Positions 26,101 through 38,100 of a DNA stretch of 64,000 bases are shown here, in pieces (the stretch's first letter is position 1; each line of letters opens with the position of its first letter). Both the position numbers and the translations under genes were made by a program. The stretch is taken from contig NC_091991.1 in the NCBI RefSeq assembly GCF_044704955.1, forward strand, positions 112,592,001-112,656,000, given 5' to 3'. Below the pieces are notes generated by a model. The model was not told where the DNA came from. It saw nothing but the letters and a program-made list of their open reading frames with translations, and did not search any database. Source of the stretch: Pristiophorus japonicus. Lineage: Eukaryota.

Positions 26101-29100
26101 ATTTGTCTTGGAGGCGGTACAACAGAGGTTCACTAGATTGATTCCTGCGATGAGAGGGCTGCCTTATGATGTGAGATTGTGTAGAATGGGTCTATACTCT
26201 CCGGAGTTTAGAAGAATGAGAGATGGTCTCATTGAAACATACAAGATTCTGAAGGGATTGACAGGATAGATGCTGAGAGGTTATTTCTCTTGACTGGAGT
26301 GTCTAGAACTCAGGATAAGGGGTAGGCCATTTGGGACTGAGGTGAGGAGGAATTTTTTCACTCAGAGGTTGGTGAATCTCTGGATTTCACTGTCCCAGAG
26401 GACTGTGGAGGCTCAGTCTTTGAGTATATTCAAGGTTGAGATAGATAGATTTTTGCAGTCTAGGGGAATCAAGGGATATGGAGATCGGGCAGGATAGTGG
26501 AGTTGAGGTCGATGATCAACCATGATCTTATTGAATGGCGGAGCAGGCTCGAGGGCCTGTAGGACGTACTCCAGCTCCTATTTCTTATGTTCTTACAAGT
26601 CACTTTATATCCATTTGAATTCCTTGTTCAGTAAAAACAGAAAATGCTGGAAACAGTCTGCAGATCAGACAACCTCTGTGGGAGAGAAGCAGAGTTAACA
26701 TTTCAGGCGTATGACTTTTCTTCAGCACTCCCTCAGTACTGTGTTAGCCAGGACTATGTGCTCAAGTCCCTGGAGTGGGACTTGAACCCGCAACCATCTG
26801 ACTCTGAGGTGAGTGTGCTACCCACTGAGCCAAGGCTGATACAGTGACTAGTTATAGTCACCTCTCTAATATCAAGAATTGCTCCAAACTGTATTTGTAA
26901 GGTGACCTCAAGGATCAATCTTCATGCCTTTATTGCATGTCACTGCCTAGGTTTACCCTCTAAATAAGTCAATATTGCAGGGTACTGCCAAAGTTGAAAG
27001 AACATAAGCAAAGATAAGGCAGATCAGGATATTCAAATCTACCTAAATTTAAAATACAAGTAACCGAATAAATAATGTCAATGTCTTCATTCCTGTATGT
27101 TGATCAGAATGAGATGAAGGATCTGGGAGATGTTCGGATTTTCCAGTTTGGATTTGACACGGATGTGTTCGGCGTTGTATTTAGTGAAGATTATAAAAGT
27201 AAAGTTTTGGCTGCGACAGCGACAAGAGAGAGTGCTCTAACAGTACAAAGGTTTCTGGAGACCGTGCTGACCTCCTGTACAGATATTGGTTTCAACGAAG
27301 ATAAAATGCTGAAGGAGTTTTCGTTTCATGACCAAGAAATAACGTGAGTACCCAGGATAATGCAAAGGAATCAAACACGAAAGAATTGCCTCTTGTCTGA
27401 TAGGAACAGGAGTAGGATTTTCAGCCACTCAAGCCTGTTATGCCATTCAATGAGTACACTGTGTAAGTATTTTTCTGACATGAATAGCCTCTTGAGTTTT
27501 TTAAAGTAACAATTCAAACGGGTTTATTTACAGCCATTCTCTTTTAGGAAGTGTTCTGATTTTTGCTCACTGATGGAAAATCATTTGTTATTTTGATCGC
27601 AAAAAAACCTAAATAAAAGAAATGGCAGACCAATTGAACAAATACTTCGGTTCTGTCTTCACGAAGAAAGACAAAAATAACCTTCCGATTGTACCAGGGG
27701 ATAGTGAAGCTCGTGAGAAGGAGGAACTTATTAGGCCGGAAATTGTGTTAGGGAAATTGATGGGATTGAAGGCCGATAAATCCCTGATAGTCTGCATCCC
27801 AGAGTACTTAAGGAAATGGCCCGAGAAATAGTGGATGCATTGGTGATCATTTTCCAACGGTCTATCGACTCTGGACCAGTCCCTATGGACTGGAGGGTAG
27901 CTAATGTAACACCACTTTTAAAAAAAGGAGGGAGAGAGAAAACGGGTAATTATAGACCGGTTAGCCTGACATCAGTAGTGGGGAAAATTTTGGAATCAAT
28001 CATTAAAGATGAAATAGCAGCATATTTGGAAAGCAGTGACAGGATCGAACCAAGTCAGCATGGATTTATGAAGGGGAAATCATGCTTGACGAATCTTCTG
28101 GAATTTTTTGAGGATGTAACGAGCAGAGTGGACAAGGGAGAACCAGTGGGTGTGGTGTATTTGGACTTTCAAAAGGCTTTTGACAAGGTCCCGCACAAGA
28201 GATTGGTGTGCAAAATTACGGCACATGGTATTGGGGGTAATGTATTGACGTGGATAGAGAACTGGTTGGCAGACAGGAAGCAAAGAGTAGGAATAAATGC
28301 GTCCTTTTCAGAATGGCAGGCAGTGACTAGTGGAGTGCCGCAGGGCTCAGTGCTGGGACCCCAGCTCTTTACAATATACATTAACGATTTGGATGAAGGA
28401 ATTGAGTGTAATATCTCCAAGTTTGCAGATGATACTAAACTGGGTGGCGGTGTGAGCTGTGAGGGGGACTCTAAGAGGCTGCAGGGTGACTTGGACAGGT
28501 TAGGTGAGTGGGCAACTGCATGGCAGATGCAGTATAATGTGGATAAATGTGAGGTTATCCATTTTGGGGGCAAAAACACGAAGGCAGAATATTATCTGAA
28601 TGGCGGAAGATTAGGAAAAAGGGAGCTGCAACGAGACTTGGGTGTCATGGTTCATCAGTCATTGAAGGTTGGCATGCAGGTACAGCAGGCAGTGAAGAAG
28701 GCAAATGGTATGTTGGCCTTCATAGCTAGGGGATTTGAGTATAGGAGCAGGGAGGTCTTACTGCAGTTGTACAGGGCCTTAGTGAGGCCTCAGTTGGAAT
28801 ATTGCGTACAGTTTTGGTCTTCTAATCTCCTAATCTGAGGAAGGACGTTCTTGCTATTGAGGGAGTGCAGCGAAGGTTCACCAGACTGATTCCCGGGATG
28901 GCAGGACTGACATATGAGGAGCGACTGGATCAATTGGGCCTTTATTCACTGGAGTTTAGAAGGATCAGAGGGGATCTCATAGAAACGTATAAGATTCTGA
29001 CGGGACTGGACAGGTTAGATGCGGGAAGAATGTTCCCGATGTTGGGGAAGTCCAGAACCAGGGGACACAGTCTTAGGATAAGGGGTAAGCCATTTAGGAC

Positions 29101-32100
29101 TGAGATGGGGAGAAACTTCTTCACTCAGAGAGTTATTAACCTGTGGAATTCTCTGCAGCAGAGAGTTGTTGATGCCAGTTCATTGGATATATTCAAGAGG
29201 GAGTTAGATATGGCCCTTACGACTAAAGGGATCAAGGGATATGAAGAGAAAGCAGGAAATGGGTACTGAGGGAATGATCAGCCATGATCTTATTGAATGG
29301 CGGTGCAGGCTCGAAGGGCCGAATGGCCTACTCCTGCACCTATTTTCTATGTTTCTATGTTTCTAACCAGGCTCCGAGTGTGAAAGACATGCTGAAGCAT
29401 TGCTTCCATTTGCTTCACGGAGAGGTTTCTCTTTTTTTCATTGTAATGACGGCAATCAGAAGTGTTGTTTATCTGTAAAGCATGCACTCCCATGTTCCGC
29501 CACCAGGGAGCTCATCCCCTGAAGTCCCAAGGGATCCCAGCATCCCTTGGGAGCACTGTATATAAGCCGGCCCCTAAGGCCTGTTCCTCACTCTGGAGTG
29601 TCTTATTAAAGACTGAGGTCACTGTTACTTTAACCTCCCGTTGTGCAGCCTCATCTGTGTTAGGAACACAACAACTGGCGACGAGAATACGAATCCAACG
29701 TAAAGATGCAGCAAACTGGGCATCCTGGAGAAGTTCTCGGAGGGTGAGGACTGGGAAGCCTATGTCGAACGGCTAGACCAGTACCTTGTAGCCAACGAGC
29801 TGGACGGAGAAGGAAGCGCTGCAAAAAGGAGAGCGGTCCTCCTCACAGTCTGCGGGGCACCGACCTACAGCCTCATGAAGAATCTTCTGGCTCCGGTGAA
29901 ACCCACAGATAAGTCGTATGAGGAGCTGTGTACACTGGTTCGGGAGCATCTTAACCCGAGGGAGAGCGTGCTGATGGCGAGGTATCGGTTCTACATGTGC
30001 TAACGATCTGAAGGTCAGGAAGTGGCGAGCTACGTCGCCGAGCTAAGGCAACTTGCAGGACAATGTGAGTTTGATGGCTACCTGGAGCAAATGCTCAGAG
30101 ACTTTTTTGTACTGGGCATTGGCCACGAGACCATCCTATGAAAACTTTTGACTGCAGAGACACCGACCCTCAGTAAGGCCATTGCGATGGCACAGGCGTT
30201 TATGTCCACCAGTGATAACACTAAACTAATCTCACAGCACACAAGTGCTGGCAATGTTCATAAATTAACTGGAACTGTGTTTGCGAGCAGAAATGTACAG
30301 GGCAGAACCCACGAATCTGCAACTGCCAGCAGGCCTCAAGTGACCCAGATGACTCCGAGTCCCCAACAAAGGATGAATGCAAGGCAATTCACACCTTGTT
30401 GGCGTTGTGGAGGCTTCCATTCAGCCTATTCATGCCGCTTCAAAGGATATGTTTGCAAGAGCTGTGGAACAATGGGGCACCTCCAACGAGCTTGCAAATG
30501 AGCTGCAAGCTCTGCAAAACCTGCTAACCACCACGTGGCAGAGGAAGATCGGTCCATGGTGGATCAAAGCAATTTCGAGCCTCAGAGAGAGGAGGCAGAT
30601 GCTGAAGTACACGGGGTGCACACATTTTTGACGAAATGTCCACCTATAATGCTAAATGTAAAATTCAATGGCTTACCCGTAGCCATGGAACTGGACACTG
30701 GCGCTAGCCAATCCATCATGAGTAAAAAGATGTTTGAGAGACTGTGGTGCAACAAGGCATTCAGACCAGCCCTGAGCCCCATCCACACGAAACTGAGAAC
30801 GTACACCAAAGAGCTTATCACTGTCCTAGGCAGCGCCATAGTCAAGGTCATCTACGAGGGCACGGTGCATGAACTGCCACTCTGGATTGCCCCGGGCAAT
30901 GGCCCCACACTGCTTGGAAGGCGCTGGCTGGGTAAAATCCGCTGGAACTGGGATGACATCCGAGCGCTATCACATGTCGATGAGGCCTCATGTACCCAGG
31001 TTCTTAACAAATTTCCTTCCCTTTCCAGGCATTGGAAACTTTTCCGGAGCGAAGGTGCGGATCCACTTGGTCCCAGAGGTACGACCCATTCACCACAAGG
31101 CGTGAGCGGTACCTCACATGATGAGGGAGAGAGTGGAAATCGAGCTGGACAGGCTTCAACACGAGGGCATCATCTCCCCAGTGGAATTCAGCAAGTGGGC
31201 CAGCCCGATTGTTCCAGTACTCAAAAGTGATGGCACGGTCAGGATTTGCGGCGATTATAAAGTAACTATTAATCGTTACTCGCTACAGGACCAATACCCG
31301 CTACCTAAGGCAGACGATCTATTTGCGACGCTGGCAGGAGGCAAGATGTTCACCAAGCTCGACCTGACTTCGGTCTACATGACGCAGGAGCTACAGGAGT
31401 CTTCGAAGGGCCTCACCTGCATCAACACGCACAAGGGACTGTTCATCTACAACAGATGCCCATTTGAAATTCGGTCGGCTGCAGCGATCTCCCAGAGAAA
31501 CATGGAGAGCCTACTCAAGTCAGTACCACACACGGTGGTCTTTCAGGACGATATATTGGTCACTGGTCGGGAAACCGCCGAGCACCTACAAAACCTGGAG
31601 GAGGTCCTCCAGCATCTGGATCGCGTAGGGCTTTGTCGAAGAGGTCGAAATGCGTCTTCATTGCAACAGAAGTGGAGTTTTTGGGGAGAAAGATCGCGGC
31701 GGACGGCATTCGGCCCACAGACGCGAAGACAGAGTCTATCAGGAACGCGCCCAGGCCACAGAACATCACGGAGCTGCGCTCGTTCCTGGGACGACTCCAA
31801 CTATTTTGGTAACTTCCTATTGGGGTTAAGCACCCTTTTAGAGCCCCTACATGTGTTATTGCGCAAAGGTGAGAACTGGGTATAGGGAAAAAAACAAATA
31901 ATTTCTTGAAAAAGCCAGAAACATTTTATGCTCCAACAAGCTGCTTGTATTGTATAACCCGTGTAAAAGACTTGTGCTAGCATGTGACGCATCGTCTATG
32001 CGGGCCCGTTTCTCGGTAAAATGTTCCTGGTGGTGGTGGATGCTTTTTTCAAAATGGATTGAATGTGAAATAATGTCGGGAAGCACTGCCACCGCCAGCA

Positions 32101-35100
32101 TTGAAAACCTGAGGGCCATGTTTGCCACCCACGGCCTGCCTGACATACTGGTCAGTGACAACGGGCCATGTTTTACCAGTGCCGAATTTAAAGAATTCAT
32201 GACCTGCAATGGGATCAAACATGTCACCTCGGCCCCGTTTAAACCAGCCTCCAATGGGCAGGCAGAGCGGGCAGTACAAACCATCAAACAGAGCCTTTAA
32301 TGAGTCACAGAAGGTTCACTCCAAACCCGCCTGCCCCGAGTACTACTCAGCTACCGCACGAGACCCCACTCGCTCACAGGGGTGCCCCCGGCTGAGCTAC
32401 TCATGAAAGGGACACTTAAAATCAGACTCTCGCTGGTTCACCCCAACCTTCATGATCAGGTAGAGAGCAGGCAGCAGCAACAAAATGTAAACGATGGCCG
32501 CGCCACTGTGTCACGGGAAATTGATCTGAATGACCCTGTGTATGTGCTAAACTATGGACATGGACCCAAGTGGATCGCGGGCACGGGAATAGGGTGCTTG
32601 TAGTCAAACTAGACAATGGACAAATTTGCAGAAAGCACCTGGACCAAAGGAGGCTGCGGTTCACAGACTGCCCTGAACAACCCACAGCAGACACCACTTT
32701 TTTCAAGCGCACAACACACACCTAAAGGATCAACGACACCACGCTGGAGCAGGAAATCGAACCCATCACGCCGAACAGCCCAGCAAGGCCAGGCTCACCT
32801 AGCAGCCCTGTAGGGTCAACAACACTCCAGCCCAGCGAGGGCACAGCCAACAGACCAGAACAGACATTTGTACCGAGGCGGTCCACCAGGGAAAGAAAGG
32901 CTCCCGACCGCCTCACCTTGTAAATAGTTTTCACTTTGACTTTGTGGGGGGAGTGATGTTGTGTATCTGTAAAGCATGCACTCCCATGTTCCACCACCAG
33001 GGAGCTCATCCCCTGAAGTCCCAAGGGATCCCAGCATCCCTTGGGAGCACTGTATATAAGCCGGCCCCTAAGGCCTGTTCCTCACTCTGGAGTGTCTTAT
33101 TAAAGACTGAGGTCACTGTTACTTTAACCTCCCTGTGTGCAGCCTCATCTGTGTTAGGAACACAATAAGAAGAATATCCAGTTAATCAGTTTTTGGAGGT
33201 GTTTGGTGACCAGAACACTTGGAAGAACTCTTCAAATAGTGCCATGTGTTCATTAATGTCCACTTGGATTAATGGATCAGGCAAACAGGACCTTTGGTTT
33301 AATGTCTTGTAAATTTGCATATGGGTTTTATGCAGGTTGTAGACTCTGCAAAACCTTATTCATCGTCACGCGTGCCCATGAAGTAGCTCTAATCTGCACC
33401 ATGCCAACAGATTCTGTTCCGATAACGTGATCGCCTGGAAGTGAATGTAATGGTTTCCTGGTTACTTTCCTTTTGAAATATTTTCATTTTTGTTGGCAGG
33501 CAGCTGGTGAATGCAGGACTTCTTACGGTGAGAGATGTCGGAAGCTGGTGGCTCGCTATTCCAGGCGCAGGCCGATTTGTGAAATATTTTGTGAAAGGCA
33601 AGTCCCATCACAACGTAATTGGTGGGACTGTTACTGACGGGCACAAGCTACTTTGAACTCGATCAGAAGGCTGCAGATGGTTTTGTGGTGCTGTTTGTCT
33701 CTCAGATATTGTTACTTGATGGCTGAAAATGAAGTTGTGTTGGCCGTGGCTCTGGGTAGCACACTCGCCTCTGACTCAGAAGGTCGTGGGTTTAAGCCCC
33801 ACTCCAGACACTTGGGCACATAATCTAGGCTGACACTTCAGTGCAGCACTGAGGGAGTGCTACAGTGTGAAACTGAGCTCCCATCTGCTCTCTCGGCTGG
33901 ATGTAAAAGATCCCAGGGCACTATTCGAAACATGGACACATAGAAAATAGGTGCAGGAGTAGGCCATTCGGCCCTTCGAGCCTGCACCACCATTCAATAA
34001 GATCATGGCTGATCACTCCCTCAGTGCCCCTTTCCTGCTTTCTCTCCATACCCCTGGATCCCTTTAGCCGTAAGGGCCATATCTAACTCTCTCTTGAATA
34101 TATCCAATGAACTGGCATCAACAACTCTCTGCGTCAGGGAATTCCACAGGTTAACAACTCTCTGAGTGAAGTTTCTCCTCATCTCAGTCCTAAATGGCCT
34201 ACCCCTTATCCTAAGACTATGTCCCCTGCTTCTGGACTTCCCCAACATCGGGAACATTCTTCCCGCATCTAACCTGTGTAATCCCATCAGAATCTTATAC
34301 GTTTCTATGAGATCCCCTCTCATCCTTCTAAACTTCAGTAAATAAAGGCCCAGTTGATCCAGTCTCTGCTCATATGACAATCCAGCCATCCCTGGAATTA
34401 GTCTGGTGAACCTTCGCTGCACTCCCTCAATTGCAAGAACGTCCTTCCTCAGATTAGGAGACCAAAACTGATCACAATATTCCAGGTGAGGTCTCACTAA
34501 GGTCCTGTAAGACCTCCCTGCTCCTGTACTCAAATCCCCTAGCTATGAAGGCCAACATACCATTTGCCTTCTTCACCGCCTGCTGTATCTGCATGCCAAC
34601 TTTCAATGACTGATGAACCAAGACACCCAGGTCTCGTTGCACTTCCCCTTTTCCTAATCTGCCACCATTCAGATAATCTGCCTTCGTGTTTTTGCCCCCA
34701 AAATGGATAACCTCACATTTATCCACATTATACTGCATCTGCCATGCATTTGCACACTCACCTAACCTGTCCAAGTCACCCTGCAGCCTCCTCACAGCTC
34801 ACACCGCCACCCAGCTTAGTGTCATCTGCAACCTTTAAGATATTACACTCAATTCCTTCATCTAAATCGTTAATGTATATTGTAAAGAGCTGGGGTTCCA
34901 GCACGGAGCCCTGCGGCACTCCACTAGTCACTGCCTGCCATTCTGAAAAGGACCCGTTTATCCCGACTCTCTTCTTCCTGTCTGCCAACCAGTTCTCTAT
35001 CCACGTCAGTACATTACCCCCAATACCATGCACTTTGATTTTGCACACCAATCTCTTTTGCGGGACCTTGTCAAAAGCCTTTTGCAAGTCCAAATACACC

Positions 35101-38100
35101 ACATCCACTGGTTCTCCCTTGTCCACCCTGCTAGTTACATCCTCAAAAAATTCCAGAAGATTCGTCAAGCATGATTTTCCTTTCATAAATCCATGCTGAC
35201 TTAGACCGATCCTGTCACTGCTTTCCAAATGTGCTGCTATTTCATCCTTCATGATTGATTCCAATATTTTCCCCACTACTGATGTCAGGCTAACTGGTCT
35301 ATAATTACCCGTTTTCTCTCCTTTTTTAAAAAGCGGTGTTACATTAGCTACCCTCCAGTCCATAGGAACTGATCCAGAGTCGATAGACTGTTGGAAAATG
35401 ATCACCAATGCATCCACTATTTCTAGAGCCACTTCCTTAAGTACTCTGGGATGCAGACTATCAGGCCCCAGGGATTTATCGTCCTTCAATCCCATCAATT
35501 TCCCCTAACACAATTTCCCGCCTCATAAGGATATCCCTCAGTTCCTCCTTCTCACTAGACCCTCAGTCCCCTAGTACTTCCGGAAGGTTATTTGTGTCTT
35601 CCCTCGTGAAGACAGAACCAAAGTATTTGTTCAGTTGGTCTGCCATTTCTTTGTTCCCCATTATAAATTCACCTGAATCCAACTGCAAGGGACCTACATT
35701 TGTTTTCACTAATCTTTTTCTCTTCACATATTTATAGAAGCTTTTGCAGTCAGTTTTTATGTTCCCTGCAAGCTTCCTCTCGTACTCTATTTTCCCCCTC
35801 TTAATTAAACCCTTAGTCCACCTCTGTTGAATTCTAAATTTCTCCCAGTCCTCAGGTTTGTTGCTTTTTCTAGCCAATTTATATGCCTCTTCCTTGGCTT
35901 TAACACTATCCTTAATTTCCCTTGTTAGCCACAGTTGAGCCACCTTCCCCGTTTTATTTTTACTCCAGACTGGGATGTACAATTGCTGAAGTTCATCCAT
36001 GTGATCTTTAAATGTTTGCCATTGCCTGTCCACCGTCAACCCTTTAAGTATCCTCTGCCAGTCTATTCTAGCCAATTCACTCCTCATACCGTCGAAGTTA
36101 CCTTTCCTTAAGTTCAGGACCCTAGTTTCTGAATTAACTGTGTCACTCTCAAACTTAATAACGAATTCTACCATATTATGGTCACTCTTCCCCAAGGGGC
36201 CTCGCACAACAAGATTGCTAATTAGTCCCTTCTCATTACACATCACCCAGTCTAGGATGGCCAGCTCTCTAGTTGGTTCCTCGACATATTGGTCTAGAAA
36301 ACTATCCCAAATACACTCCAGGAAATCCTGCTCCATCGCATTGCTACCAGTTTGGTTAGCCCAATCAATATGTAGATTAAAATCGCCCATGATAACTGCT
36401 GTACCTTTATTGCACACATCCCTTATTTCTTGTTTGATGCTGTCCCCAACCTCACTACTACTGTTTAGTGGTCTGTACACAACTCCAACGAACGTTTTCT
36501 GCCCTTTGGTATTCCGCAGCTCCACCCATACCGATTCCACATCATCCAGGCTAATGTCCCTCCTTACTATTGCATTAATTTCCTCTTTCACCAGCAACGC
36601 CACCCCGCCTCCTTTTCCTCTCTGCCTATCCTTCCTAAATGTTGAATACCCCTGGATGTTGAGTTCCCAGCCTTGGTCACCCTGGAGCCATGTCTCCGTG
36701 ATGCCAATTACATCATATCCGTTAACTGCTGCACAGTTAACTGCACAGTTAATTCGTCCACCTTATTCTGAATACTCCTCGCATTGAGGCACAGAGCCTT
36801 CAGGCTTGTCTTTTTAACACACTTTGCCCCTTTTAGAATTTTGCTGTAATGTGATCCTTTTTGTTTTTTGCCTTGGGTTTCTCTGCCCTCCACTTTTACT
36901 ATTCTCCTTTCTATCTTTTGCTTTTGCCTCCATTTTATTTCCCTCTGTCTCCCTGCATAGGTTCCCATCCCCCTGCCATTTTAGTTTAACTCCTCCCCAA
37001 CAGCACTAGCAAACACTCCCCCTAGGACATTGGTTCCGGTCCTGCCCAGGTGCAGACCGTCCGGTTTGTACTGGTCCCACCTCCCCCAGAACCGGTTCCA
37101 ATGTCCCAGGAATTTGAATCCCTCCCTTTTGCACCACTCCTCAAGTATTCATCTGAGCTATCCTGCGATTCTTACTCTGACTAGCACGTGGCACTGGTAG
37201 CAATCCTGAGATTACTACTTTTGAGGTCCTACTTTTTAATTTAGCTCCTAGCTCCCTAAATTCGTCTTGTAGGACCTCATCCTGTTTTTTTACCTATATT
37301 GTTGGTACCTATATGCACCACGACAACTGGCTGTTCACCCTCCCTTTTCAGAATGTCCTGCACCTGCTCCGAGACATCCTTGACCCTTGCACCAGGGAGG
37401 CAACATACCATCCTGGAATCTCGGTTGTGGCCGCAGAAATGCCTATCTATTCCCCTTACAATTGAATCCCCTATCACTATCGCTCTCCCACTCTTTTTCC
37501 TGCCCTCCTGTGCAGCAGAGCCAACCACGGTGCCATGAACTTGGCTGCTGCTGCTCCCCCCTGATGAGTCATCCCCCTCAACAGTACCCAAAGCGGTGTA
37601 TCTGTTTTGCAGGGGGATGACCGCAGAGGACCCCTGCACTACCTTCCTTGCACTGTTCTTCCTGTTGGTCACCCATTTACTATCTGGCTGTGTACCCTTT
37701 ACCTGCAGTAAGACCAACTCGCTAAACGTGCTATTCACGTCATTCTCAGCATTGTGGATGCTCCAGAGTGAATCCACCCGCAGCTTCAGGGTGCAATGCA
37801 GTCCGTCAGGAGCTGGAGGCGGATGCACTTCCCGCACACGTAGTCGTCAGGGACACCGGAAGCGTCCCTGACTTGCTACATAGGATGTCTCGGAGCGGGT
37901 GCAGGACATTCTGAAAAGCGAGGGTGAACAGCCAGTAGTCGTGGTGCATATAGGTACCAACGATATAGGTAAAAAATGGGATGAGGTCCAACATAGTACA
38001 GGAGGAGCATAACACGTGTCCGAGCTCTCCTGCCATGACTTAACCCCGAGATAAACTTAATTTGGCAACAATAATGCTAAATGTTACTGATATAGAAAAG

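Larger units (their letters stand above)
21075..26595 (+). mobile_element. CR1 LINE host element, interrupted by a MITE (22138-22571) and an inverted CR1 (22764-25698)
   Basis: RT runs up to aagtttgctgac at about 22764 and resumes at gatacaaagct (DTKLGG) at about 25700; 3' tail at about 26590. Confidence 0.85.

Noticed and set aside
36140-36787. 215-aa plus-strand ORF (similar ORF at 63171-63875)
   Set aside because: Antisense shadow of the CR1 endonuclease frame; shared only because the LINE copies are homologous.
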